The translations under genes were made by a program, and so were the position numbers. The notes under the pieces are model-generated. The model was not told the DNA's origin and did no database searches. It saw only the letters and a list, made by a program, of their open reading frames with translations. Shown piece after piece: positions 10,215 through 22,091 of a stretch of 64,000 nucleotides of DNA (position 1 is the stretch's first letter; each line of letters starts with the position of its first letter). This DNA is from Nemertoderma westbladi (taxonomy: Eukaryota > Animalia > Xenacoelomorpha), in the NCBI GenBank assembly GCA_032718475.1, contig JAUCBJ010000603.1:25470-89469 (forward strand), written 5' to 3'.

Positions 10215-13200
10215 AGAGTGTACTTTGCGAGGTTAAACACGCCCAGCAACGCTGGTAACGGTAAGTGTACAAACCCTTTTTGTTGTTTTGTTTCTGCGAT
10301 AGATAAGACTACGATCCCAGCAGGGACACAGGTGAGACTGGCAGGGAAATTGTATGATAATGGATTATTAGCAGAGTCGGTAATGATAGAGCCGTTAGTA
10401 AAATCAAGGGGTTCATATCTAACTGCGCGAAGTGTAGTTTCTAACCCATTGGATGGATCAGGTAAGGTCCCAGTGCAGTTATTAAATCCGAATAACTACC
10501 CCGTTACAATATATCGCAATCAGAAAATTGCATTATATTGTACAGTAGATAATGATAGCTTCAATAAAGAAGTTAAACAAGACTCAGTAGAGCGCGACAT
10601 ACAAAGGGAGTATTTAGCTAAGGAATTACCGTTAGATCATTTGGAGCCTCAGCAGAGGACCCAGTTAATAGATATTGCTACTCAACATGCTGCGGCGTTT
10701 TCCTTTGGAGATTGCGATATAGGTAAGACTGACCTATTAGAACATAGACTCCCACTTAAACCAGAGGCTAAGCCCTTTTACACGAGACCACGTACAGTAC
10801 CTATGGGGCTTAGGAAAGAGATTGACAAACAGGTAGGCAATATGTTAGCCGCAGGTGATATTCAACCTAGCAACAGTGAGTGGGGGGCACCAATAATATT
10901 AAGTAAAAAAAAAGATGGTAAGTGGCGGTTTTGCGTTGATCTTCGCCGCCTTAACGCTGCGGCTGTGCCACAATTTTGGCCTTTGCCGCGCATAGACGAA
11001 ATGTTGTCGGAAATTGGCACAGCACGGCCCAAATATTTTACGACACTCGATTTTAAATCGATGTTTTGGCAGGTACCCTTAGCCGCTGAAGATACACATA
11101 AAACCGCTTTCGTAACACATAGTGGCCATTACGAATTTGTTAGAATGCCCTTTGGCCTCCAGTCCAGCCCTTCTGGCTGCCAGAATCTTATGCAATTAGC
11201 ATTGCATGGTATCGAGTACGTTCTCGTTTACCTCGATGACGTCATACTGTATACCCGGGAATGGGACACCCACGTAAGTACTATTATCATTCTATTACGT
11301 AGAATTATCGATCTCGGCTTGAAGCTCAAACTAAGTAAGTGCATGTTCGGGGCGACATCTGTAAAATTCCTAGGCCATGTGATAGATAGCTCAGGGCAGC
11401 ATATGGACAAGGATAAGGTTCAAGCCATGGTTGATTTTCCGCGACCGGCCAATGCAAAGCAACTTTATAGCTTCCTAGGATTATGTGGCTACTATAGGAA
11501 ATTTATTAAGGATTATGGTAAGATTGTAGCTCCCTTGAACGTGTTGCTAAGGAAAAACCAAGAGTTCGTATGGACAAGCGATTGTGAGCAGGCCTTTACA
11601 TTCCTTAAGAAATGCCTAATTAATAACCCTATTCTAGAACACCCTGATTTCGACCAGCCATTTTACCTAGAGACTGACGCTAGCGGTATAGCTTTAGGAG
11701 CTGTTTTATATCAGGATGCGGGCGTAATCGCTTACTCATCGAGGTCGCTAAGCAACGCTGAGAGAAAGTGGTCCATTACGGAGCTAGAGGCTTTAGCCGT
11801 GGTCTGGGCAATGCAGAAACACAGGTTTTACCTCATTGGCCACGCATTTACGTTAGTTTCGGATCATAAACCACTCAGTTGTTTACAGACCAAACTCGAA
11901 CTTCCAGGACGTTTGCAGCGATGGGCCGTTAAACTGTCTGAATTTAATTTCAATTTTGTTTACAGGCCAGGCCGACTTAACCGCGCTGATTGTCTTTCTA
12001 GAATACCATTACAGGTAACCCCTGGCAACCAACGAGATGAAACCGTTTCTAATGAACCGGTTGCCATGGATACGTTACTTCCCCCTATGCATAATGACCC
12101 AGTCTCGTCAGATAATTATTGCTTCATAGGACTAGCCAATTTAGACCTACATAATGATAGCGATAGACCAAACGCTGTTGAGGTGGACCTAGACAATGGC
12201 GTGCAGCCGCCAAAACCTAATCCATGTGACATTCTAAGTTCCCCAGACAGACCCAACCACGATAGTGACGTCACATACATTATCAATAATGACAATAATA
12301 ATAATTGGACACTTCCAGGCGGCCAACAGTACTGCACATTAACTGCCTTGCGTAAGTTACAATCAGAAGACAATAACTTACAGCCTATGATTGATACATT
12401 ACTGGACACAGCTGTTACAATAGCCGATGCCGATGTGCGCAAATCGCTACACGAGTATCGTTACATGCTCAAGTTTAGAGCACAATATGTTATGGTTGAC
12501 AATATACTCTGCCATTTATCAACAAGTAACGGGAAATCGAAGGTACAGATTGTAGTTCCTAAGTTACTAAGGCAACAAATTATATCCATGTGTCACGATG
12601 AAAAGTCTCACATGGGTATTGATAAAACGGTAGGTGCTATCCATATGAAGTATTATTGGGTAGGTATAAAGGATAATGTTAAGCAGCACATTCGTGAATG
12701 TGACCCATGCCAGCGTAGGAAGGGCGTCCCTCAGACCCAACCACTGTCACCTCTCCCAGTCGTTGAACGTGTCTTGCAACACCTTTCAATTGATATCGTT
12801 AAAGGTTTCCAGACGTCATCTAAAGGTAACAAGGTTATCCTTACAGTAGTTGATCATCTTACTCGTTACGCTTCCCTCCTCCCGTTACCAAATGAAGAAG
12901 CCGCTACCGTTGCCAGGGCTTTAGTGGATGGTATTTTTCTTATATACGGCGCCCCCGAGAGTTTATTAAGCGATAGGGGTAGTAATTTCACGTCTAATTT
13001 ATTCAAGGAATTAACTGCAATGTTTGGTATTGTTTCCGTATTTATGTCGGTATACCACCCAGCTTGCAATGGTCTTACAGAACGCATTAACCAGTTAGCT
13101 GTAAACATGTTATCGTTGACAGCTACCAACCCGCATAATTGGGACGAGTTTATTCCCGCTGTTGCGTTTAATTATAATACTTCGATTCAGAGTACACTTA

Positions 13201-13727
13201 AGGAAACTCCTTTCTCTTTAATGTATGGGCGACAGGCGACAACTCAAGTAGACACGCAGATAGCCCGGCCATACAGCTTGCTAGCAGATGAAGCAACATT
13301 CGCAAACGAATTAAGGTTTCGTTTGGAGCGGGCCCATGGGATAGCCAGGGAAGCTCTTAGGCTTACACAGGTGAAACAGAAACAATACCACGATGGTAAG
13401 CTGGGGAAGCGCCAACGCAGTAACATTCGAACCTACACTAAGGGGCAGTCTGTATTATACTATGATAGGACGACCAAAGGTAAGAATACGAAGCTGAGCT
13501 TCAGGTTTAGGGGTCCTTATGCTATTGTTGATCAGGTTGGTAAATCAAGTTATGCCATTAAACTGTTGGGAAAATCGGGAAAACCAAATCCACGTTCTCG
13601 ACTTATTACTGTAAATGTGAAGGACTTAAAACCATACTATAGGGAAGAAAGTAACTCCACGGGAGATGATACAGGTAGGGGGAATGACAGTGGGGACGTC
13701 TACGACGGTGACGATAGCGACTGTTGA
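10215..13727 (+). CDS. pol: Gypsy Pol: reverse transcriptase, RNase H, integrase
   Basis: WRFCVDLRRLN, MPFGL, YLDD, TDAS, ELEALAV, SDHKPL, HHCC (HDEKSH...CDPC), SDRG, GLTER and GPY. Same frame as gag-pro, separated by one TAA. Confidence 0.96.
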   Translation, partial: RVYFARLNTPSNAGNGKCTNPFCCFVSAIDKTTIPAGTQVRLAGKLYDNGLLAESVMIEPLVKSRGSYLTARSVVSNPLDGSGKVPVQLLNPNNYPVTIYRNQKIALYCTVDNDSFNKEVKQDSVERDIQREYLAKELPLDHLEPQQRTQLIDIATQHAAAFSFGDCDIGKTDLLEHRLPLKPEAKPFYTRPRTVPMGLRKEIDKQVGNMLAAGDIQPSNSEWGAPIILSKKKDGKWRFCVDLRRLNAAAVPQFWPLPRIDEMLSEIGTARPKYFTTLDFKSMFWQVPLAAEDTHKTAFVTHSGHYEFVRMPFGLQSSPSGCQNLMQLALHGIEYVLVYLDDVILYTREWDTHVSTIIILLRRIIDLGLKLKLSKCMFGATSVKFLGHVIDSSGQHMDKDKVQAMVDFPRPANAKQLYSFLGLCGYYRKFIKDYGKIVAPLNVLLRKNQEFVWTSDCEQAFTFLKKCLINNPILEHPDFDQPFYLETDASGIALGAVLYQDAGVIAYSSRSLSNAERKWSITELEALAVVWAMQKHRFYLIGHAFTLVSDHKPLSCLQTKLELPGRLQRWAVKLSEFNFNFVYRPGRLNRADCLSRIPLQVTPGNQRDETVSNEPVAMDTLLPPMHNDPVSSDNYCFIGLANLDLHNDSDRPNAVEVDLDNGVQPPKPNPCDILSSPDRPNHDSDVTYIINNDNNNNWTLPGGQQYCTLTALRKLQSEDNNLQPMIDTLLDTAVTIADADVRKSLHEYRYMLKFRAQYVMVDNILCHLSTSNGKSKVQIVVPKLLRQQIISMCHDEKSHMGIDKTVGAIHMKYYWVGIKDNVKQHIRECDPCQRRKGVPQTQPLSPLPVVERVLQHLSIDIVKGFQTSSKGNKVILTVVDHLTRYASLLPLPNEEAATVARALVDGIFLIYGAPESLLSDRGSNFTSNLFKELTAMFGIVSVFMSVYHPACNGLTERINQLAVNMLSLTATNPHNWDEFIPAVAFNYNTSIQSTLKETPFSLMYGRQATTQVDTQIARPYSLLADEATFANELRFRLERAHGIAREALRLTQVKQKQYHDGKLGKRQRSNIRTYTKGQSVLYYDRTTKGKNTKLSFRFRGPYAIVDQVGKSSYAIKLLGKSGKPNPRSRLITVNVKDLKPYYREESNSTGDDTGRGNDSGDVYDGDDSDC

Positions 13728-14323
13728 CCATTGACGCAAATTATGAGACGTAGTCGATGTGACTTGACTGTTTGCTGGTTACCATGGCTACATAGATAAA
13801 TTGGATTTATTAACAATGAATAACTTTTGTTTGGAAAAAAAAAATTGTTATCCTGAAATATTTAGATATTGTGATTTTTTTAAATGGATGGATACATGTT
13901 TATGATAGATACTGTATGGATACATTTTCATGTGATAGATACATGTATTAATTATTTACTTATAGCCTTTATTTATTGTGGCAGTGACACATTTTATGGA
14001 TTGTACTATGGTCGGTTACTTACGGTGCGATTTATAGATTGCAATTATGCTTGATATAGTGTTATTTGGTTACTCATTGTTGTACTCTCGTTGTACGTGT
14101 TATTCTTTAGTCATACTGGCGTACGATACATGCAGTACGAAATTTCGATTTAGATATTATTGGCCTTAGGCTAGTTGAATGTATTGTTGGTATCGTGCTT
14201 CATATACAGTATCTTTATACTGCCGTTGAGGTAGACTTTACTTGTCGATGTAGTCATTAGACTTGGGGTTTGTAGTTTGTGCGTTCTAGAAACTCGTGGG
14301 CGAGTTTTTTTTAGGAAGGGGGA

Positions 14324-14740
14324 TGTGATATTGTATTAAGGGATGGTGTATTATTGGACTGATTAGTATGTATTGTATAGGTTAGGTAGGTATGATATAG
14401 TAGTATCTTGTTAGCACCTAGGGTGTGAACAGCAGGTTGTACGGTAGCTGTCAGGGATATAGTCCTGGGGGCAGGGCGCAGTCAGTAGTTATCATTCAGT
14501 TTAGTTATTGAGATGACTTACCGGTGTAGGGTTGTCAGTCATGTTTTGTAGGTAGTTCGTTATTAGTTTCATTGTCTGATTGTATCACATCATTATTTGT
14601 TATTCATGTATCTCAATACACAATATACTGATATACTGCAGCTGGTTTCCTAGTTTTACTTCAGTCTTCTCCAGCTCACCCCTCGAGCGGGATAGTGCGT
14701 GGCCGTGGATCCGGGACCGGGCGCTGATAGCGCTTCCACA
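14324..14740 (+). repeat. Gypsy 3' LTR
   Basis: Preceded by the PPT and followed by TSD AAGT. Confidence 0.97.
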
Positions 14741-14744
14741 AAGT

Positions 14745-17700
14745 TCTCAATAGCTGGTAAAGAGTCTTCCCACTTCATCCACTTCTTTAACAGTTCTCCC
14801 TTAAGTGGATCATCCCAAGAGTGGTTTTCAAGCCTCATTTGTAGGACTAGACTCCGAGCAACTGGGATTACAGGACTAATAAATCCCAATGGATCGAAAT
14901 ACGTGCTCAGAATACTCAGGCAAATCCTCTTAGTTCAAACAGGATTATCGCGTTGTTTTAATTGGGAGAACAAAATATCCCTCTCTGTATCCCACTTTAA
15001 TCTGAGGGTTTTAGTTTCTGGGAGGTCGTCTTTAATGAGGTCGAGATCTTTAGCACCTCGTCCTTCTTCTGGGATTGCCTCCAGAACCTCGCGGGAGTTG
15101 CTGGTGAATTTAGTTAACCGGAATCCACCGCGTTGAAGACACTTTACAGTTCCCTTGGCAACCTCGATGGCTTCTTCCACCGTAGGCAGGGATTTGAGGT
15201 TGTCGTCCATGTAGATGTCACATTTGATGTTATTGATTACCGCTTTGGGGAAGGCATCTCGATTTTCATCAGCAGTGGTACACACTACCAAGCAAGTGTT
15301 AGATGGACTTGAGATAATGCCGAAGGAATAGTCATCCAGTACTCCACCGGTTCTTTGTCAAAGTCACTATAAGGCCACCATAAGAACCGTAAGCTATCTC
15401 GGTCTCGTTGGAATGCTTTCACCTGTAGAAACATGCCTTCAATATCGGAGGCAAATGCGATGGAATACTGCCGGAGTCGTAGTAGTATTCCCAACAGCGA
15501 TTGGAGTAAGTTAGGTTCTGGCAATAATTCTGAGTTCAGGGATTGTCCTTTATATAACGCAGAGCCGTCGAACACCACCCGGACTTTGTTGGGTTTACCG
15601 GGTTTGGGAACGTAGACGTGTATTAGATAATACATTCTCTCTGTTATGGGTGTTTCTATCAGAACTCGCTCTGCGTATCCCCTATCGATGAACTTCTTTA
15701 ACTGTGTCTTGTACATTTCCTTAGCTTTATCATTCGATGATAAGCATCGGTGCAGTTGTTCAATTCTTTTGATGGCCAATGGTCGGTTATTGATGAAGCT
15801 GGGTTCTCGCTTCAGGAAAGGTAAACCAATCTCGTAACGACCCTCCTCCTTGATGTAAAGAGTAGTCATTGCTTGGATTTGTTTAGCTTTCTCCTCCTCT
15901 ACAGATAGGGCTCTATCGTAAGAGTTAGGTTCCACAGCCTCTTGGCTAAAGAATAGCACTGTGTGTTCTGTTCATCTCTCAGTTTAGAATTATATCTCTC
16001 CACTACCTTGTTTAGCTCGTCATCCTCGTAAGCCAACAGTTTGTTGTTCTGTTGCAATAAATTACACAGTTTGGTTTGGTTTGTCCAAGTTTGATTCACG
16101 GTGAGGGATTCAATCACATTGTCCTCATCGTAGAGTATTTGGATGTCGTCGTTATTCGAGGAGCATGGAGTTTCCTCACCTGAGATATTCTCGTCATTCA
16201 CGGCTTCTATACTCTCACATACCTGGTTAATGCGTTCATTCTCTCCTCTTTCTGGGAGAGTGCGTCCAGGTGGTCCCATGAAATACCAACCCACCCTAGT
16301 TCGTCCTGTGTAAGTTTGTAAAGGCTGCGGTCGAGTAGGTCGCTTTTCTAATGTTTCTAGCGCTTCATGTGAGTTCTGCTCAAGTAGCATCTGGACTCCA
16401 GGATAATCAGTCTTGAATCTGGGGACTCTGTACCGTTGGACAAAGGTGTCCTCGTCCCAGTAATAAGGTTCTACCTGAGTAGCTGCAAAGTTCTTAATAA
16501 CTACCAATTTTATACTCTCCTTACCAGATTTATCCTGTGGGGTGGATAGTGATCTCATATAGAAGTCCGTCGATATTGTAGATTTCCATACCTGCATGAT
16601 CCCGGAGAGGTTGAGTTTAGTTTGGAATTTCTCCTGACCTGCAAATATGTCCTCGGCTAAGTCCTTGTCAATAAAGGTACCTGTACTACCTGAATCAAGG
16701 AGGGTGTTAAATTAAACTCTTACCTTGTCCATGTATACTGAGCTGCATCACTGGGAATTCTCTTATGCCACTAGATGGTTGCGAGACCTTCCACGAGAGA
16801 TGTTTATCTGGAATGGATAGTTGGATTTCCTCTCTGTCTGTTGTCGCTTCATGGGTAAGGGCTCGATACACGATTGTGTTGATCATATAGCAGGATTCGT
16901 TTTCATTGGAAAACTCGTCCGTATAAAATCCTTCCATCTCCGATCTCTGGTCGGTGTCATTCACGTTGCCAAACTGGACATGCAACTCTGGTTCACTCAC
17001 CTTATCGAACTCGCTATGTAATAACGAGTGATGTTTAGCTCCATATTTAGCACACATAGCATCTGAATAGCAAGTCTTCCCTGGTGTCCTCTCCTCAGAT
17101 AATTGTAACATAACCTCTTATCCCAAGTTACACTATGCCTGTCCCTGAGGTCTTTCTTCAAGAATTCTTCACACTTACTTAGATGATGGGGCCCTTCGCA
17201 TGACACACACTTAGGCTTAAAGTTGGTTACCTTTGGTTGGACTGTGTTCTGCACACGAGTTCTTTCTTCGGGCTTCTTATTAGGAATCCTCTTAGGTGAC
17301 GTTGCAGGAGTCTTACATTGTTCTATCAAATTTACTATCATTCTGCCAAATCTTGGGTTTTCCCATGTCCTTACTGTGTAATAAAAATTGGCAGTGTCTG
17401 GTCCACTATCCTCATTATGTGAAGTTTGACTCTCATACTCAGTGTAACATACAGGAGTTACTCTTTTCCTAGCGACTGGTTTCTCGCTTACCTTAGTTTT
17501 CTCTCTAGACTGTTTAATTAACTGTATTCTTACCTCTCCTGTTAGGAAGGACATAAAGGTCCGCCATTGTAGTATCTCTCCAATGCTGGTCCTCAAAGTA
17601 TAACACCCTTTTGTCCCAACGAGTACCCACTCCGCCCTTTGGCAAAGATGCTGCTACAGCTCCTACTACCATAGAACTTTGGTACTCATGAGATTTACCT

Positions 17701-18203
17701 AACCAGTCTAACTGTCTACAGATCTCCTGAACCTCATTGGAAAACTCTATGATTTCATTACTAGGGAATTATTATTATTACCATTACTAAAATTTAATTA
17801 ACCTAGTAATCTAGTATGTAACCTAGTAATAAACCTAGTAATTATCATTACTAGGGCTACTAATTTCGCATACAAGTATCTAGCTATGTTAGTCCTATTA
17901 CCACACCTGTTGTTTAGTGTATCCCAAACTTGTCTTAGTCCGTCAGTATGTCCGATGAACTTTAATGCCATCAATTTGCGGGGACCTTCCAAGCACTCGA
18001 TGAGGAATCGTAACTTTTCTCTGTTTGATAATACATAGTTTTGTATGTTGTCCTTATAAATATTCATTAAAAGGCAGCCACTTCAACTCATCTCAGTTAA
18101 ACTTGATGACCTCTCCCATCGTTCTAGCCATCTGACTCGTAAAACTCTCCTGAGCCATCGTATTATTCAATATCAAATTATCCGAATATACATTTCTAGG
18201 ATT
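14745..18203 (-). pseudogene. Outer BEL/Pao gag-pol pseudogene with multiple frameshifts and stops
   Basis: Fragments: KLRFLIECLEG (gag), CVSCEGPHHLSKC knuckle, TLLDSGSTGTFID protease (~16660-16705), KPNKVRVVFDGS / SLNSELL / DIEGMFLQV / LRFLW RT, YMDD, GGFRLTKF and DPLGFISPV. Confidence 0.9.
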
Positions 18204-18208
18204 ATTGT

Positions 18209-18778
18209 TGTGATGGGATCAGTGGATCCCGACCGGTATGTTGTTTATGTACGCGTCCCCGCCGTGTGAATGAAAAAGGGTTCGTTGTTGTTCCGATAAT
18301 GTTGATGAATATAAAATATAGTATATAATGAGCAAACAGATAGCACAGTTGAAGTACAGAATGATCGGTAATATTGAATGTGATGGTGATGGCGATTACG
18401 GTAATAGAATGTTACCGTACTGCCCTAACTGACTGAGCAACTGAGTAAACTGAATGTGTGATGAAACACCGACCGGTAATATACTACACTACATTGGCCT
18501 GTTACTTAGCTGATGCCTTCCTGTCCCCCCATTGGTTGATAACCCAATTCTCGGCTCCCACCTCTGTGGGAGTGTTTCCCCCTGGCTACTGTTACTTTCT
18601 CTCTCCCGGAGGCTTAACCTCTGACCTCCATTGTATACGGCCCTTTGGGGGTTCGTTGCCCCCGTTTATTGGGGGTGGTACGAGGTTGATTGGCAATCAA
18701 CCTCGTGCTTCCCAATATTGCTTAAAGGCACCGTCTCCCAACTTTATGGGGTGGTTAGCGGAATTGAATCCGCTACCA
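18209..18778 (-). repeat. 3' LTR of inner BEL/Pao
   Basis: TG...CA ends; PPT adjacent at 18779-18788; TSD outside. Confidence 0.95.
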
Positions 18779-19482
18779 CTCCCCCTCATGCTATCTTCCC
18801 GGTGAGAAGATAGCATCAACCTCTAGTGCGCTTCAATTCCGCTGGAACCTGATCTACTATCAGGTGTGGGGTGGAGTTATTTTCTTTTCAGAGCCGGCTT
18901 TCCAGGCCGCTCCCTATGGGTGTGATGTCGCTACCCCCTCTTGGTGCAATTTCGTCTACCTTGCACCAAGACATCTGACGTCCCGTGTTGGGCTGATTGT
19001 GGGTTTCTGTCACACAATTTTTGTTTCCCCAACACTCCCTCCACTCTAACTCCACACTAACTAACTCTAACTTCTCCCCCACTCTAGCTCTCGGACCTTC
19101 TTCTCCCTCACTCTACCTCTCACTCCTCCCCCCCACACACTTGAATTGCACTCGCACTCTCTCCGCGCGTTCTATACTCGACCTTCACCCCCAACGCTCT
19201 CGCTCCTGACGGGCCTCACCCTCCCTTCCTGTGCCGTCGCACTCAAGAAGTGTGAAGTCGTCTAGTGTCCTGTTCCGCCATAGTCAATTGGTTCCCAGTC
19301 CCAGTAGATAATTGGAAAAGGTTATATGACTATAGTACTTACTTTGATTATATTTGCTTATTTGACTATACTAATGATTATTACATACGTACATACTAAT
19401 TGCACTTTTAATCAATTAAATTTTTGCACTTAGGAGTTCGTACTTCTCACGTGGTGCCTTCCAGGCATCCCACATCCAAGTT

Positions 19483-20253
19483 CTAGTTCGTCCCACCTGA
19501 CTTTGGGAACCATCTCAACTCCTTCCCCCTGTCGTCCTCCTCCCTCGGTCGTTTCCTGGCCGCTGCCGCTCCCTTGGCCTTATCCCTATTTAAGTTTCTG
19601 ACCCTCGCTGTTACCTCTCTACTTATTCCCGTCATCGACTCCTTGGGTGCTGGTGTTATCAGCTCCCGGTATCGCTTCGTGGGTTGCCCCATCGAATGGC
19701 CCTGTTGTCTCCCCCTAGTGGCATCCCATAGGATCACCTTCATCGCCCGCGGCACATGCACTGCCAAGAAATCTCTGAACTCTCCTCGGTTCTGTGGTGT
19801 CCACCTGTCCAAATACCTCTGCGTATTTATCACCCCGGCATACGACGCCGCCGTTGACACATCCTGCTAGGTAAACGGAAGTCTCCGTCTAATAATCTCC
19901 AGGTGGGCCTCCTGGTTGACACCAAAGAAGCCCCACCGGAACTCCTGGGCCCCCACACGCCGCCGCGTCATGGCACCGACATCGGCCCATTCCTCGAAGA
20001 TCCTAAACCTCTCCCCGTCGTCCATCCAGTCGCACTGGCATCCACAGTGCCCCCGGAAGTCGCACTTAGAACACCGGTTGTGCAACCGTGGACACGCCCC
20101 CATTCTGTGGCTTGACTCGCGGCGGCAGTAGAGACAACTAGTCCCTTTCTGGAATCGGTACAAACAGCTCCTTTCCTGGTGAGTTTGCCTCCCGCAGTAA
20201 TCGCAGCCGAGCACCAATGTCTCCCGCCCCACGTCGTCTTTCGTCCCAAGCAA
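19483..20253 (-). pseudogene. C-terminal part of the cargo ORF: three CCHC-type zinc knuckles and a basic tail
   Basis: CDYCGRQTHQERSC, CLYCRRESSHRMGAC and CSKCDFRGHCGCQC. ORFs 20253-19867 and 19860-19483 are in one frame, separated by a single TAG. Confidence 0.7.
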
Positions 20254-20801
20254 TCTCCTCGGTCCGTGGAGTCACTGGTAAGCGAACTTTTGGACGTTAG
20301 CATCCCTGTCCACGTCTATCTCCTCGCCCCTCCCGGGCATCGTCTCTCCGAATACTACTCGTGGTGCCGTTCCTGGTTGCTCGCCCAACCTGATGGTGCT
20401 CCCCGCAAAATCCATCGCCGGCTCCTCATGCACCCAGCCCGCTTGCCGGATCTATCCCAGAAGGCTCTCGCCCCACTGGCCATCACCACCCTCCCGCCAC
20501 CCCAGTCCGTGTCCGAGTGGCCGATCCTCCCGATGGGCGGCATCTCTCCGAACTTGTCGTCATCCTCGTCCTCCTCTGGGAGTGGTTCCAATCCTGGTAT
20601 CCCGGTGGATCCACTGTGTCCCTTCCCACCTTGGCTCTCACCCGTGATCTTCCATCCTTCCAGCTCCCCCGGTCTCCTCTGCGCGAAATCGCCCTCTGCG
20701 CCCGCTGGTATGGGTGTCGCCTACAATCCCGACTGTTTCGGTGACCCTACCGTCCACCCCAACTCTCGCCCTAGAGACTCGCCCGAACTCCCTGATGATG
20801 T

Positions 20802-22091
20802 TCAACGAAGTTCATCTAAGGCCGCCTGTTCCTCGAACCCGTAGATCTCTGCTCTGGCCGCCTCCTCCCTTTCTTCTGCCTCTCTCCTTTCTTGTCTAGC
20901 GATTTCTTCCAATCGCTTCGCTTCTCGTCTATCCACCTCTAGCTGCTCCCACCTCTGATATGGCGTATCCACATCCCTGTCTACTAGATGTCGGCAGTTA
21001 TAATACACCGACTCGCCCTTCAGCCCCGGGTGGTCTACCAGACCCTCGAAAGCCACTCTGAAGGCTCTTCTGTAGTTCAGGGGTGATCCCGATAGCAAGA
21101 ATGCTGTTGGTTCTCTCTCGATAACCACGGTGATGAATAGGTTTAGCAAACCTATCATTATCCAGTCCTCCTGCAGGATATATCGCTTCTTATATACCTT
21201 TATTGCTCCTCTCCGGAATTGATACACCTCTTGCTTCCCCGGCCTTGCTTCCCACTTCAGCAAGTTTGCCAACTCCGCTCCGTACTCCTCCCTGAATTTA
21301 CCCCAGTCCATTGGTTTGTGGCATATGAGCCCCATTAGCTGGCCCATTGCCACCGCTCCACAATGGCCGGCATTCTCCACTAGTCCCAACCCGTCTGGCG
21401 CTGTCATAGCCATGTAGACCATTTGCGTATCCAGGAGGTTGGAGGTCTCCGGAGCGATGATCCTCTCCGCATTGTCGCGGATCGCCGATCCCACCTTTAT
21501 CGTCGACTTCTCCCTTACTAGACTCTGCACCGCTTTTGGCAGCCGGTTCAATTTTGGCCCGTTCTTCTTCCCATACGTTCCTAGGTCGAATAGGAATATA
21601 TCCCCATTTGGCGCGGCCAAATGCAGGAGTATGGTTCTGGCCGACCCCGCCGACCCTCTTCTCGAACCTTCCTCGTCTTCCACGGTCCCTTCATCGTCTA
21701 GGACCATGTACCCTCCCCTGCTGACGGACTCTACGAACCTCTTCCAATCCTTTCTCGGTGGCTCCTTTGCATACTTCGGTATCCCGAACTTCGCCTCGTC
21801 TCCTTTCACCATGTAGTGGAAATGCTCGAAGATTGCATTGTCTAGCAACGGTGTCCCGTAGGTCCCGAGAGGTCGCTGTTTGTGCACCTCCCTGAAATGG
21901 TCCTGCAGCGCTCGCGCTTTGTGACCCCTCTCTAACCGCTCGTAGTATCCCCTCGTCTTCTCTTCCGGATGCCTCTCGGTGAAGTCCACCAGTATCTCCT
22001 TTCCTCCTAACTCCGCCTTTCTCTTTCTGACCAGTCTCTCCGCCATCTCGAACTCTCCCGATCGCTCACCTATAAGGTGGGGCCTTGCCAA
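20802..22091 (-). CDS. DEDDy-type (WRN/EXD/Mut-7-like) 3'-5' exonuclease-domain cargo ORF
   Basis: MVLDDEG (ExoI D-x-E), LLHLAAPNGDIFLFDL, LPKAVQSLVREKSTIKVGSAIRD, LLDTQ and a possible ExoIII RYILQED. Motif order and spacing match WRN-type exonucleases. Confidence 0.72.
   Translation of the reverse strand: MARPHLIGERSGEFEMAERLVRKRKAELGGKEILVDFTERHPEEKTRGYYERLERGHKARALQDHFREVHKQRPLGTYGTPLLDNAIFEHFHYMVKGDEAKFGIPKYAKEPPRKDWKRFVESVSRGGYMVLDDEGTVEDEEGSRRGSAGSARTILLHLAAPNGDIFLFDLGTYGKKNGPKLNRLPKAVQSLVREKSTIKVGSAIRDNAERIIAPETSNLLDTQMVYMAMTAPDGLGLVENAGHCGAVAMGQLMGLICHKPMDWGKFREEYGAELANLLKWEARPGKQEVYQFRRGAIKVYKKRYILQEDWIMIGLLNLFITVVIEREPTAFLLSGSPLNYRRAFRVAFEGLVDHPGLKGESVYYNCRHLVDRDVDTPYQRWEQLEVDRREAKRLEEIARQERREAEEREEAARAEIYGFEEQAALDELR

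Larger units (their letters stand above)
7609..14740 (+). mobile_element. Ty3/gypsy LTR retrotransposon, full length
   Basis: 417-bp LTRs at 7609-8025 and 14324-14740 (TG...CA, ~7 differences by eye); 4-bp TSD AAGT (7605-7608 and 14741-14744); PBS; PPT AGGAAGGGGGA at 14313-14323; domain order PR-RT-RH-IN. Confidence 0.97.

Noticed and set aside
18458-18805. Duplicated plus-strand ORF (also 32232-33065)
   Set aside because: Antisense ORF inside LTRs; the duplication reflects LTR identity, and the two copies end differently.
19483-22091. env gene in the inner BEL
   Set aside because: No signal peptide, furin site or C-terminal TM anchor seen; the motifs fit an exonuclease plus zinc knuckles.
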